32,000 bases of DNA from Dickeya dadantii NCPPB 898 (GCF_000406145.1 NZ_CM001976.1:73186-105185), one strand, 5' to 3'. Numbered from the stretch's first letter, positions 1 through 9,036 are shown. Numbers and translations are program-made. The notes: generated from the sequence alone by a model not told the origin.

Positions 1-14
1 GCGGGGATCACGTC

Positions 15-1223
15 TTACCCCAGCGCCTGTGCGCACGCCCAGGCGGAGCTCCAGGCCCACTGGAAGTTGTAACCGCCGAGCCAGCCGGTGACGTCCACCA
101 CTTCGCCAATGAAGTACAGGCCCGGCACGTTGTTGGCTTCCATCGTTTTTGACGACAACTCGCGGGTGTCAACGCCGCCGAGCGTCACTTCCGCCGTGCG
201 GTAGCCTTCAGTGCCGTTAGGCTGGACCCGCCACTGTTGCAGCGTGGTTTCCACCTCGGCCTGTTGCGGCTTGTTGAGCTGTTTCAGCGTGACGTCCGGT
301 AATTGCCCCAGCGCCTGCAGGCTTTCCACCAGCCGTTTCGGCAGCCATTGCGCCAGCGTGTTTTTCAGGCTTTGATTCGGGTGTGCCAGACGTTCATTGT
401 TAAGGCATTCGGTCAGATCAAGGTTGGGCAACAGGTTGATGGTGACGAATTCCCCCGGTTGCCAGTAGCTGGACAGCTGTAGGACCGCCGGGCCGGACAG
501 GCCGCGGTGGGTAAACAGAATATTTTCGCGGAAGGTGGTGCCGTTTTCGGCCGTAACCACCGCCGGTACCGACACGCCGGAGAGCGTCTGCAACTGTTCC
601 AGCAGCGGTTTGTGCAGGGTAAACGGCACCAGCGCGGCGCGGGTCGGTAACACCTTGAGGCCAAACTGCGCCGCCAGTTGATAGCCGAACGGGGTGGCGC
701 CCAGCCCCGGCATCGACAGCCCGCCGGTGGCGATCACCACCGCCGGCGCCTGCATCACCCCGGTGTTGAGCGTCACCTGAAACTGCTCGCTTTTTTCCAC
801 CGACAGCACCTCGCTGCGCAGGCGCAGCGTCACCTTGCCGGTTTCACACTCTTTCATCAGCATATCGACGATCTGCTGCGCGGAATCGTCGCAGAACAGC
901 TGGCCGAGGGTTTTTTCGTGGTACGCGATGCCATGACGGTTGACCAGATCGATGAAATCCCACTGGGTGTAGCGGGCGAGGGCGGATTTACAGAAGTGCG
1001 GGTTGTTCGACAGATAGGCCGCGGGTTCGGCGTACAGATTCGTGAAGTTGCAGCGCCCGCCGCCGGACATCAGAATCTTGCGGCCCGGTTTTTTGCCGTT
1101 GTCCACCAGCAGCGCCCGCAGCCCTTTCTGGCCTGCCTGCGCCGCACAGAACAGCCCGGCCGCGCCCGCGCCAATGATGATTACGTCAAACTGTTCCACA
1201 TTACACTCCCGTTGTTCCGCCAT
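15..1223 (-). CDS. yhiN: NAD(P)/FAD-dependent oxidoreductase, YhiN/BaiN (HI0933-like) family
   Basis: 402-aa ORF. Rossmann motif DVIIIGAGAAGLFCA near the N-terminus, plus MSGGGRCNFTN and C-terminal GGYNFQWAWSSAWA motifs. Colinear with E. coli YhiN as I recall it, and divergent from pitA as in E. coli. Confidence 0.9.
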   Translation of the reverse strand: MAEQRECNVEQFDVIIIGAGAAGLFCAAQAGQKGLRALLVDNGKKPGRKILMSGGGRCNFTNLYAEPAAYLSNNPHFCKSALARYTQWDFIDLVNRHGIAYHEKTLGQLFCDDSAQQIVDMLMKECETGKVTLRLRSEVLSVEKSEQFQVTLNTGVMQAPAVVIATGGLSMPGLGATPFGYQLAAQFGLKVLPTRAALVPFTLHKPLLEQLQTLSGVSVPAVVTAENGTTFRENILFTHRGLSGPAVLQLSSYWQPGEFVTINLLPNLDLTECLNNERLAHPNQSLKNTLAQWLPKRLVESLQALGQLPDVTLKQLNKPQQAEVETTLQQWRVQPNGTEGYRTAEVTLGGVDTRELSSKTMEANNVPGLYFIGEVVDVTGWLGGYNFQWAWSSAWACAQALG

Positions 1224-1502
1224 GCCATCGCCCCACAGGGCGGCCGATTATAGGCGATGTCCCGACGCCGGTCATCGCCCGGCGCGCCTTGTTTCTGACG
1301 CCATGCCGCGCCGCCGCCGTTTGCCGGTAACAAAGTGTGTGGATGGGTAAAAACAATAATGCTTTGATTTTTATTAACTAAATCATTGTCACCGGCAGAA
1401 GTGGCGTAAATTAAGTCAAAATAATGTCATATTTTGCTTTTCCCGTTTCCGCTTGTCACCGATAATGCGCCGCGTTCATGACCACTACATGGCCTAACAC
1501 TT

Positions 1503-3011
1503 ATGCTACATTTATTTGCCGGGCTTGATTTCCACACCGGTCTGATGCTGGTTCTCGCCCTGCTGTTTGTTCTGTTCTATGAAGCCATTAACGGCTTTCA
1601 CGATACCGCCAACGCGGTAGCCACCGTTATCTATACCCGTGCGATGCGTGCCCAACTGGCGGTTGTTATGGCCGGGGTTTTCAACTTTCTTGGGGTATTG
1701 CTGGGCGGCCTGAGCGTTGCATACGCCATTGTTCACCTGTTGCCGACCGATTTGCTGCTGAACGTTAGCTCCACCCACGGGCTGGCGATGGTGTTTTCGA
1801 TGCTGCTGGCGGCGATTATCTGGAATTTGGGCACCTGGTATTTCGGGCTGCCGGCTTCCAGCTCGCATACGCTGATCGGTTCCATCATCGGCATCGGTCT
1901 GACCAATGCGCTGGTGACCCATACCTCGGTGGTGGATGCGCTCAATATTCCCAAAATGGTCAGTATCTTCCTGTCGCTGCTGGTTTCGCCGGTGGTCGGC
2001 ATGATCATCGCCGGGTTGATGGTGTATCTGCTGCGCCGTTACTGGAGCAATAATAAGAAGCGTCAGCGCGTTCATCTGACGCCGGCCGAGCGCGAAAAAC
2101 AAGACGGTAAACGCAAACCGCCGTTCTGGACCCGTACCGCGCTGATCCTGTCTGCGGTAGGCGTGAGCTTCTCCCACGGCGCGAACGACGGCCAGAAAGG
2201 CATCGGTCTGATCATGCTGGTGCTGATTGGCGTGGCGCCGGCCGGATTTATGCTGAACATGAATGCGTCCGGTTACGATATCAGCCGCACCCGCGACGCG
2301 GTGTTGAACCTGCAGGCTTACTACCAGTCTCACAGCGCGGCGCTGACGCAGGTGATCGACCTGTCGCACCCGGTGATCCCGGCGCCGGAAAACGTCATTC
2401 CATCCACCGGAAACAAACCGGATTTTCACTGTGATACGTCTCGCGCGATGATCGCCATCGACCGTGTGCAGGGGCTGCTGAATAACATCAAAAGCTACGA
2501 TGAACTGGCTGCGGATGACCGCGCCCGCGCTCGTCGCTTGCTGATGTGCATGGCCGATACGCTGGATCGCGTCGTCAAGCTGCCGGAAACGTCGTCTGAC
2601 GACAAACGCCTGCTCAACAACCTGCGCAGCGACCTGCTGTACACGGTGGAATACGCGCCGCTGTGGATTATCGTTGCGGTGGCGCTGGCACTGTCGCTCG
2701 GCACTATGGTGGGCTGGAAGCGCGTGGCGGTGACCATCGGCGAGAAGATTGGCAGAAAAGGCATGACCTATGCGCAGGGCGTTTCGGCGCAGGTGACGGC
2801 GGCGATGTCTATTGGTATCGCCAGCTATACCGGCATGCCGGTTTCTACGACCCACGTACTCTCGTCCGCCGTGGCCGGAACCATGATTGTGGACGGCGGC
2901 GGCGTGCAGGGGAAAACCGTGAAAAGCATTCTGCTGGCCTGGGTGTTTACCCTGCCGGTGTCGATGCTGCTGTCCGGCGTGCTGTACTGGCTGTCGTTGA
3001 AGCTGATCTGA
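1503..3011 (+). CDS. pitA: low-affinity inorganic phosphate transporter PitA (PiT/PHO4 family)
   Basis: 502-aa ORF. N-terminal [21 protein letters not shown] and C-terminal [16 protein letters not shown] PiT repeats. Near full-length identity to E. coli PitA by eye. Confidence 0.95.
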   Translation: MLHLFAGLDFHTGLMLVLALLFVLFYEAINGFHDTANAVATVIYTRAMRAQLAVVMAGVFNFLGVLLGGLSVAYAIVHLLPTDLLLNVSSTHGLAMVFSMLLAAIIWNLGTWYFGLPASSSHTLIGSIIGIGLTNALVTHTSVVDALNIPKMVSIFLSLLVSPVVGMIIAGLMVYLLRRYWSNNKKRQRVHLTPAEREKQDGKRKPPFWTRTALILSAVGVSFSHGANDGQKGIGLIMLVLIGVAPAGFMLNMNASGYDISRTRDAVLNLQAYYQSHSAALTQVIDLSHPVIPAPENVIPSTGNKPDFHCDTSRAMIAIDRVQGLLNNIKSYDELAADDRARARRLLMCMADTLDRVVKLPETSSDDKRLLNNLRSDLLYTVEYAPLWIIVAVALALSLGTMVGWKRVAVTIGEKIGRKGMTYAQGVSAQVTAAMSIGIASYTGMPVSTTHVLSSAVAGTMIVDGGGVQGKTVKSILLAWVFTLPVSMLLSGVLYWLSLKLI

Positions 3012-3042
3012 ATCGGCACGGTGATAAAACCGTAGTGAGCAT

Positions 3043-3077
3043 AAAAAAGGCGGCCGTAAGGTCGCCTTTCTGCTTTT
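3043..3077. terminator. bidirectional rho-independent terminator shared by convergent pitA and uspB
   Basis: Stem AAGGCGGCC / GGTCGCCTT (8 of 9 bp) with loop GTAA. Flanked by an A-run on the left and a T-rich tract on the right, so a U-tract follows the hairpin on both strands. Confidence 0.6.
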
Positions 3078-3142
3078 AGCGTATACGGTTGTGGGGTGAT
3101 AGAGACACGACCCGCCTACGCCGTCATGACTGCCGCGGCGCC

Positions 3143-3481
3143 TCAGTGCCAGATGATCAAGGCAATGAGGCTGACCACAACCAGCCCGCACAAGGCGGAG
3201 GTCAGCAGAAACTGACCGCGCACCCGCGCACAGCGGCGGATGAACTCGGGGTCGTGATGGTCGAGATAACGTTGTGCGTAGATGTAGCGAACCAACCGCA
3301 GCTGTTTACTGGGCTGCCCGTGGGAGGTAAAAAAGCCGCCTCCGTCCACATACTGGTACAGTAGCGGATCGCAGTCTCTCAGTATCAGCAGCAGCACTCG
3401 TAACGAAGAATAATATCGCGCCATATTGATGACACAGACGACACATAAAGCCCAGAAAAGCGCAAATGTACTAATCATCAT
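3143..3481 (-). CDS. uspB: universal stress protein B
   Basis: 112-aa ORF (M)[16 protein letters not shown]...LIALIIWH, almost identical in length and sequence to E. coli UspB. GGAGGG SD lies 5-8 nt upstream. The start could be the second ATG at 3478. Confidence 0.9.
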   Translation of the reverse strand: MMISTFALFWALCVVCVINMARYYSSLRVLLLILRDCDPLLYQYVDGGGFFTSHGQPSKQLRLVRYIYAQRYLDHHDPEFIRRCARVRGQFLLTSALCGLVVVSLIALIIWH

Positions 3482-3822
3482 GCTTCCCTCCCGGATTATG
3501 ACCCATCAGATGCTTTGACGTGTCGGGTCCTGCCGACATCACATCTGTGGGTATTTATGCCACACGTTATTCACGCGATGTTATGGGGCTGCCAAGCCAT
3601 GGCGAGTTGCCCGGGTGTTCTTCTTCACCGCTGTATCCTTGCCCGGAGAAAGACCTGCAGGGTCCCCCTCAATTTCATTGTAGAAGAGCCTTACGTTTTT
3701 TTTCCATATCTGACGCAAGGTTCCTGCCAGCAAAAAACATCACCACTTCTTTTGATCTGGCACCGGCTTTCTTCGCCGTAGGCTCTGTCCTTTTCAACTA
3801 CACTTCATGTACGGGCGAGAGG

Positions 3823-3883
3823 TTTCACCATTGTAGATAGTTTCACCGTTGTAGATAGTATCGGCATGTAGATAGTATCGGCG
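3823..3883. repeat. tandem 17-18 bp direct repeats (3.5 copies) upstream of uspA
   Basis: TTTCACCATTGTAGATAG (3823-3840), TTTCACCGTTGTAGATAG (3841-3858), TATCGGCATGTAGATAG (3859-3875) and partial TATCGGCG (3876-3883). Confidence 0.8.
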
Positions 3884-4075
3884 CAAACGGGCGGCCACTT
3901 CAGGGCAAGTGGTTACCAGCGTTCTCAGAACCGTTACAAAATATGTGGCGTTGTGATCTGTGGAACATAACCCCGAATTGGTGGGGTGTTATGCTCATCA
4001 CCGTCATCGGTTATCAGACTGGCAGGAGAAATATCTGCTGACCCATCAGTTAGTCATTACGGAAGGAGCTTGATC

Positions 4076-4510
4076 ATGGCTTACAAACACATCCTTATCG
4101 CGGTTGACCTGTCACCGGAAAGTAAGGTGTTAGTGGAAAAAGCGGTCTCCATGGCGCGGCCGTATGATGCCAAAGTCTCTTTGATCCATGTTGACGTGAA
4201 TTACTCCGATCTCTACACCGGGCTGATCGATGTCAACCTGGGCGACATGCAGCAACGTATTTCCGAAGAAACCCAGAACGCCCTGAAGGAACTGGCGGAC
4301 AACGCCGGCTATCCGATCTCGGAAACCCTGAGCGGCAGCGGCGATTTGGGCCAGGTGCTGGTTGACGCCATCCGTAAGTATGATGTCGACCTGGTGCTGT
4401 GCGGTCATCATCAGGATTTCTGGAGCAAACTGATGTCGTCCGCGCGCCAGCTGATCAATACCGTCCACATCGACATGCTGATTGTGCCGCTGCGTGAAGA
4501 AGAGGAGTAA
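4076..4510 (+). CDS. uspA: universal stress protein A
   Basis: [24 protein letters not shown]... 144 aa, matching E. coli UspA. GGAAGGA SD at 4061-4067. The ORF-track start at 3986 is an upstream extension with no homology. Confidence 0.95.
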   Translation: MAYKHILIAVDLSPESKVLVEKAVSMARPYDAKVSLIHVDVNYSDLYTGLIDVNLGDMQQRISEETQNALKELADNAGYPISETLSGSGDLGQVLVDAIRKYDVDLVLCGHHQDFWSKLMSSARQLINTVHIDMLIVPLREEEE

Positions 4511-4560
4511 GCCGGCTGAAGCGGCTCTGATACGGGTCGGGTGAGTAGGTGGATACGAAT

Positions 4561-4587
4561 AAGGCATAGCCATCGGCTATGCCTTTT
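4561..4587 (+). terminator. rho-independent terminator of uspA
   Basis: GGCATAGCC-ATC-GGCTATGCC hairpin followed by TTTT. Confidence 0.75.
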
Positions 4588-4647
4588 GCGCAATGTCTGA
4601 CGCCAGAAAAACCCATCACCCCGTTTAATAAAGTTGTCAGCAATCTG

Positions 4648-4727
4648 AGGCATAGCCATTGGCTATGCCTCAATTTTTGGCGCCGTGCCGGCGACGCGAA
4701 TCATTGCGGGATAGCGCCTGCTATCCC
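4648..4727. repeat. two further REP-like hairpins related to the uspA terminator stem
   Basis: GAGGCATAGCC-ATT-GGCTATGCCTC (4648-4671) is a near copy of the 4563-4583 stem. GGGATAGC-GCCT-GCTATCCC (4708-4727) is a variant. Confidence 0.6.
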
Positions 4728-4813
4728 GTTGGCAAAAGGCGCTGTTTTTCTGGCTTCGTCCGGCGAAATCGCGTTAGCATGCGGGGTAGTTAGGTTGATT
4801 ATTGGGGAAATTC

Positions 4814-5629
4814 ATGGCGATAAAACTGATTGCGATTGATATGGACGGCACGCTGTTAACGCCGGAAAATCAAATCTCGCCAGCGGTGAAACAGGCGATT
4901 GTCGCCGCCCGTGAAAAAGGTGTCTATGTGGCATTGGCTACCGGGCGTCCGTTCATCGGCGTCGAGCGCTATCTGAAACAACTGGGGTTGCAGCAGGAAG
5001 GACATTACTGCATCACCAATAACGGCGCGCTGGTGCAGCGCACGGCGACGGGCGAATGCGTGGCGCAGACGACGCTGAGCTTCGACGACTATCTCCACTT
5101 CGAGGCGCTGTCGCGCGAGCTGGGCGTGCACTTCCACGCGCTTGATTTCAATTACGTTTACACCGCCAACAAAGATATCAGCGCCTATACGGTGCATGAA
5201 TCCCACCTGACCAGCATGCCGCTGAAATACCGGGCGGTGGAGGAAATGGACCCTGGCCTGCGTTTCCCAAAAGTGATGATGATCGACGAGCCAGAGGTGC
5301 TGGATGCCGCTATCGCCCGCATTCCGCGCGAGGATTTAGCGCGTTACACCATCATGAAAAGCGCCGCGTTCTATCTGGAGATTTTGGACAAGCGCGTTAA
5401 CAAAGGCGAAGGGGTGAAAATGCTGGCGCAACATCTTGGTCTTGAGCGGGATGAAGTGATGGCGTTGGGCGATCAGGAAAACGATCTGGCGATGATCGAG
5501 TTTGCCGGGCTGGGTGTGGCGATGGGCAATGCCATCGACGCCGTCAAGGCGGCAAGCCAGTTCGTTACTCGCTCCAACAGTGAAGACGGCGTGGCTTACG
5601 CTATCGAGAAGTTTGTGTTGAACGTCTGA
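4814..5629 (+). CDS. yidA: Cof-type HAD-IIB sugar phosphatase YidA
   Basis: MAIKLIAIDMDGTLL... with the DxD nucleophile motif and C-terminal GDQENDLAMIEFAG. Colinear with E. coli YidA by eye. ATG at 4814 is preferred over the TTG at 4802. Confidence 0.9.
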   Translation: MAIKLIAIDMDGTLLTPENQISPAVKQAIVAAREKGVYVALATGRPFIGVERYLKQLGLQQEGHYCITNNGALVQRTATGECVAQTTLSFDDYLHFEALSRELGVHFHALDFNYVYTANKDISAYTVHESHLTSMPLKYRAVEEMDPGLRFPKVMMIDEPEVLDAAIARIPREDLARYTIMKSAAFYLEILDKRVNKGEGVKMLAQHLGLERDEVMALGDQENDLAMIEFAGLGVAMGNAIDAVKAASQFVTRSNSEDGVAYAIEKFVLNV

Positions 5630-5646
5630 CCCGTGCGGGCCAGACA

Positions 5647-5921
5647 TATATACCCGTCATACTTCAAGCTGCAGATGCGTTGGCTTTCTTACTCGACCCA
5701 TCCATGGGCCTCGCCCCTTCGAGGCCGCTGCCAGCAGCGTTCAACTCTGCTCCCGGCAGAGTTGTCGCTCACCCCAGTCACTTACTTGAGTAAGCTCCTG
5801 GGGATTCGCTGCGTCGCCGCGTTACAAGACTCATTATGAGTCTTGCCCTGAAGGGCCAACGCTTTGCGTTGTTCAAAACGCCACGCGTTTTGTCCTGCAA
5901 CTTGAATTATTTAGGGTATAG
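5647..5921. repeat. expanded ERIC/IRU element (275 bp), copy 1
   Basis: Contains the exact reverse complement of the ERIC2 primer (CGCTCACCCCAGTCACTTACTT, 5766-5787) and a near match to ERIC1R (GTAAGCTCCTGGGGATTC). TATACCCGTCATACTTCAAG...TTAGGGTATA termini. Two internal insertions of about 70 bp relative to the 126-bp copy at 8718. Confidence 0.9.
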
Positions 5922-5934
5922 GGGAGTGTGCGGG

Positions 5935-7119
5935 TCAGTCGTTAAAGAACGTCTGTTTGATCGCCAGTTCGACGCCGCGCACTTCCGCCAGCCCTTTCAG
6001 CCGTCCGATGGCGGAATAACCGGGGTTGGTTTTCTTCTTCAGGTCATCCAGCATCTGATGGCCGTGATCCGGGCGCATCGGAATAGCGCGGGTATTGCCC
6101 TGCTGACGGCGGCGGTATTCTTCCGCCAGAATCGCTTTCACTACCTTCACCATGTCCACATCGCCATGCAGGTGCGCCGCTTCGTGGAAGCTTTTCGGGT
6201 TGTCCTCGCGGCAGGTCGCGCGCAAGTGGGTGAAATGGATACGGTCGGCGAAGGTTTCGATCATCTTCACCAGATCGTTGTCCGCCCGCACGCCGTAAGA
6301 CCCGGTGCACATGGTGAAACCGTTATGGATGCTGTCGACGGCGTCTTTCAGCCACTGCATATCCTCAATAGTGGAAACGATTCGCGGCAGGCCGAGAATC
6401 GGGCGCGGCGGATCGTCCGGATGCACCGCCAGCACAATGCCGGCCTCTTCCGCCACCGGCACGATCGCCCGCAGGAATTCCGCCATATGCTCACGCAGTT
6501 TCGCCTTGTCGATGCCGTCGTACTGCGCCAGCTGGGCGCGGAACTGGTCCAGAGTGTAGCCTTCTTCGGCGCCCGGCAGGCCGGCGATGATATTGCGGGT
6601 CAGTTTGTCTTTGTCCGCGTCGCTCATGGCGGCGAAATAGGCGGCGGCCTGACGTTGCTCGTCGTCGGTGTAGTCGGCAGCGGCACCGTCACGTTTTAGC
6701 AGGTGCAGCTCAAACGCTGCGAAAGCGGTATGGTCAAAACGCAGCGCCCGGGAGCCGTCCGGCAGCGGGTATTCCAGGTCGGTACGGGTCCAGTCCAGCA
6801 CCGGCATAAAGTTGTAGCACACGGTATCGATGCCGCAGGCGCCCAGATTACGCAGCGACTGCTGGTAGTTGGCGATGTACTTGCGGTAGTCGCCGGTCTG
6901 GGTTTTGATGGCTTCGTGTATCGGCACGCTTTCCACCACCGACCAGATCAAGCCTTTTTCAGCCAGTTGCGCCTGGCGCTTCTTAATCTCTTCGATGCTC
7001 CACACTTCGCCATTCGGGATGTGATGCAGGGCGGTGACGATACCGGTCGCGCCCGCCTGGCGGGCATCATCCAGCGACACCGGATCGTTGGGGCCGTACC
7101 AGCGCCAGGTGTGTTCCAT
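5935..7119 (-). CDS. uxuA: mannonate dehydratase
   Basis: 394-aa [19 protein letters not shown]...[18 protein letters not shown]...[12 protein letters not shown], colinear with E. coli UxuA. AGGAG SD upstream. Confidence 0.95.
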   Translation of the reverse strand: MEHTWRWYGPNDPVSLDDARQAGATGIVTALHHIPNGEVWSIEEIKKRQAQLAEKGLIWSVVESVPIHEAIKTQTGDYRKYIANYQQSLRNLGACGIDTVCYNFMPVLDWTRTDLEYPLPDGSRALRFDHTAFAAFELHLLKRDGAAADYTDDEQRQAAAYFAAMSDADKDKLTRNIIAGLPGAEEGYTLDQFRAQLAQYDGIDKAKLREHMAEFLRAIVPVAEEAGIVLAVHPDDPPRPILGLPRIVSTIEDMQWLKDAVDSIHNGFTMCTGSYGVRADNDLVKMIETFADRIHFTHLRATCREDNPKSFHEAAHLHGDVDMVKVVKAILAEEYRRRQQGNTRAIPMRPDHGHQMLDDLKKKTNPGYSAIGRLKGLAEVRGVELAIKQTFFND

Positions 7120-7136
7120 AAAGCAGCTCCTTAAGC

Positions 7137-7411
7137 TATATACCCGTCATACTTCAAGTTGCAGATGCGTTGGCTTTATTACTCGGCCCATCCCTGGGCC
7201 TCGCCCTTTCAGGGCCGCAGCACGCTGCGTTCAACTCTGCTCCCGGCAGAGTTGTCGCTCACCCCAGTCACTTACTTATGTAAGCTTCTGGGGATTCGCT
7301 GCGTCGCCGCGTTACAAGACTCATTATGAGTCTTGCCCTGAAGGGCCAACGCGTTGCGTTGTTCAAAACGCCACGCGTTTTGTCCTGCAACTCGAATTAT
7401 TTTGGGTATAG
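7137..7411. repeat. expanded ERIC/IRU element (275 bp), copy 2, same orientation as copy 1
   Basis: Aligns end to end with 5647-5921 with only scattered substitutions. Same two internal insertions. Begins 18 bp upstream of the uxuA start codon. Confidence 0.9.
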
Positions 7412-7441
7412 ATCGGAAAATAATCGAGTCGGATAATTATC

Positions 7442-7513
7442 GGTCTGGTGGCCTGACCACCGGACCGGTTCACTATTCACCACCTGTGGTGATATTTCTG
7501 TGATTCAGATCAC
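7442..7513. promoter_or_regulatory. cluster of three palindromes in the uxuA/GntR divergent control region (candidate GntR/FadR-type operators)
   Basis: GGTCTGGTGG-CCTGA-CCACCGGACC (7442-7466, 9 of 10 arms). TCACCAC-CT-GTGGTGA (7477-7492, perfect). GTGAT-TCAG-ATCAC (7500-7513). All share GGTG/CACC-type half sites. Confidence 0.3.
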
Positions 7514-7648
7514 GTAAGCGCCAGACTGGCGGTTAGCGCCGCACCCGGATGTGAGGCGTCGGCATTTAATTTTCTGGCGTTTTGGCGGCTATGATAAGCT
7601 GCGGGCTGTTGTTTATAGGACACGACTGACGGGGGATCCGGAGGGGAT

Positions 7649-8344
7649 ATGGTGTTACCCACACTGAAAGTTGAGCGGCTGTACCGGCAAATCTCCAACC
7701 TGCTGATTAACTGCATCAGGAACGGTCAGTTTGCGGCCGGGCAACTGCTGCCCTCAGAGCGTGAACTGGCGAAACAGCTGGGGGTGAGCCGCTCATCCAT
7801 CCGCGAGGCGCTGATTGCGCTGGAAATCACCGGCTGGGTGGAGATTCGCACCGGCAATGGCGTGTACGTCAACGATCCGCTGCCGGACGCGCCGCCCGCC
7901 GCGCCGCCGGAAGAGGAATTCAGCTTACGGGCGTTTATTCAGGCCCGCCAGGTATACGAGGCGATGATGGCGGAACTGGCGGCGGTGCATGCCACCGACG
8001 AGCAGCGCGCCGCGTTGCAGGATATCACCCGCGACCTGTCTCGCCTGCACGTCAATGACGCGCAGTTTCTGCATGAAGACAAGCGGTTCCACCTGCTGAT
8101 CAGCGAGATGTCCGGCAATGAAGTGTTGCAGGACATGATGGATTACCTGTGGAACAAGCGTCAGAGCAGCCGGTTTGTGCGGCTGGAAACGCTTTACGCC
8201 GACTCCGATTTTCCCCGCACCATGAATCAGGACCACGCCGATATCGCTGAGGCCATCGTCGCGCGCGACCCGGCCCGGGCGCGCGCCAGCATGGAGCGCC
8301 ATCTCCAGCATGTGTACGACCATCTGTTCAGCGGCGATAAGTAG
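7649..8344 (+). CDS. GntR/FadR-subfamily transcriptional regulator, UxuR/ExuR-like
   Basis: 231-aa ORF. N-terminal winged HTH LPSERELAKQLGVSRSSIREALIALEITGWVEIRTGNGVYV resembles ExuR/UxuR. Helical FCD-type C-terminal domain. Divergent from uxuA. Confidence 0.85.
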   Translation: MVLPTLKVERLYRQISNLLINCIRNGQFAAGQLLPSERELAKQLGVSRSSIREALIALEITGWVEIRTGNGVYVNDPLPDAPPAAPPEEEFSLRAFIQARQVYEAMMAELAAVHATDEQRAALQDITRDLSRLHVNDAQFLHEDKRFHLLISEMSGNEVLQDMMDYLWNKRQSSRFVRLETLYADSDFPRTMNQDHADIAEAIVARDPARARASMERHLQHVYDHLFSGDK

Positions 8345-8363
8345 ACGACGTTTCGCCAGGCAT

Positions 8364-8397
8364 AAAAAAACCCCGGGGGGACACAGGCACCGGGGTT
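8364..8397 (-). terminator. rho-independent terminator of the bhsA-like gene
   Basis: AACCCCGG...CCGGGGTT stem. On the minus strand it is followed by T7 (the A7 at 8364-8370). Confidence 0.65.
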
Positions 8398-8421
8398 GAG
8401 GGTAATGATGAGCGCGGGCGA

Positions 8422-8679
8422 TTATTTATAGATCACCGCGTTGCCCCGCAGCGTGTTGTCGCCGCCGGCATAGGTGATGGTGTAAGCGGAAGCGCCCGCG
8501 GCTTCAGCCTGATGGGCCAGTTTGGCTTGCAGCGAGCTCAGGTCGTTGGCGGTGGCGGAAACGGAACCGATTTTGTCCAACTGCTGAGCCTGTTCATAGC
8601 TGACGCTCTGGGCGGCGAAAGCGCCAAAAGAGAGGGTGGCAAGGGTAGCGGCGATAGCGATGGTTTTAACGTTTTTCAT
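8422..8679 (-). CDS. DUF1471 (YdgH/BhsA/McbA family) periplasmic stress protein
   Basis: 85 aa: MKNVKTIAIAATLATLSFGAFA signal peptide and C-terminal LRGNAVIYK, very like E. coli BhsA. The ORF-track start at 8775 runs into the ERIC and is rejected. Confidence 0.85.
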   Translation of the reverse strand: MKNVKTIAIAATLATLSFGAFAAQSVSYEQAQQLDKIGSVSATANDLSSLQAKLAHQAEAAGASAYTITYAGGDNTLRGNAVIYK

Positions 8680-8717
8680 GTCTCTTTCCTTCTTCGGTAA
8701 CTGGGTTGAAAGGCGCG

Positions 8718-8843
8718 TATACCCGTCATACTTCAGGTTGCAGATGCGTTGGCTGCCCTTGCTCACCCCAGCCACTTACTGATGTAAGCGCCTGGTGATT
8801 TACTCGGTTGCCGCCTTTCTGCAAATCGAATTATTTTGGGTAT
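8718..8843. repeat. canonical-length ERIC/IRU element (126 bp), copy 3
   Basis: TATACCCGTCATACTTCAGGTTGCAGATGCGTTGGC...CACCCCAGCCACTTACTGATGTAAGCGCCTGG...TTTTGGGTAT. Lacks the two insertions of copies 1 and 2. Confidence 0.9.
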
Positions 8844-9036
8844 GTCCTTTCGATAACGGAAAGGTTACGCCCTGTTGGCCTTCGTGGAAAACGGAGGTTG
8901 TTGAAGATATCTTTCTATTTTTTTGATGGGAAATACAGTCAGGAATGGAAAACAACTCAATGATTTTTATTGAATTTGTTGTTTTTTGAGCGATTTTTTA
9001 GGATATGCCAAGTTACGTCAAGAAGGCGAAAAATTT

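Noticed and set aside
1512-3191. Very long antisense ORFs opposite real genes: 1512-3191(-) opposite pitA, 10747-12117(-), 12285-14063(-), 14995-15798(-), 16071-17381(-), 21382-22125(-), 28048-29538(-), 5836-6699(+), 9154-9963(-)
   Set aside because: They mirror well-supported genes. Their translations are Arg/His/Gln/Gly-rich low-complexity strings with no family resemblance. Long stop-free antisense frames are expected in GC-rich coding DNA with strong third-position GC bias.
3515-3840. 88-aa and 106-aa ORFs in the uspB-uspA intergenic region
   Set aside because: They are two overlapping frames of the same stretch, with no SD and no recognisable motifs. One terminates within the tandem repeat. 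The region is the expected divergent promoter and leader region.
3986-4075. N-terminal extensions suggested by the ORF track (uspA 3986, yidA 4802, BNR 14740, ibpA 19157, ibpB 19622, DASS 20848, dcuS 22384, dcuR 24076, 2-HCT 26860)
   Set aside because: Homology to E. coli orthologues begins at internal Met codons preceded by good SD sequences. The extensions overlap upstream genes or regulatory hairpins.
5633-5839. ORFs lying inside ERIC elements (5633-5839+, the 5' part of 5836-6699+, 7034-7411+, and the 8680-8775 extension of the bhsA-like ORF)
   Set aside because: The sequence is a recognisable non-coding repeat (ERIC primer sites are present). The ORFs start or stop at repeat boundaries and lack an SD.
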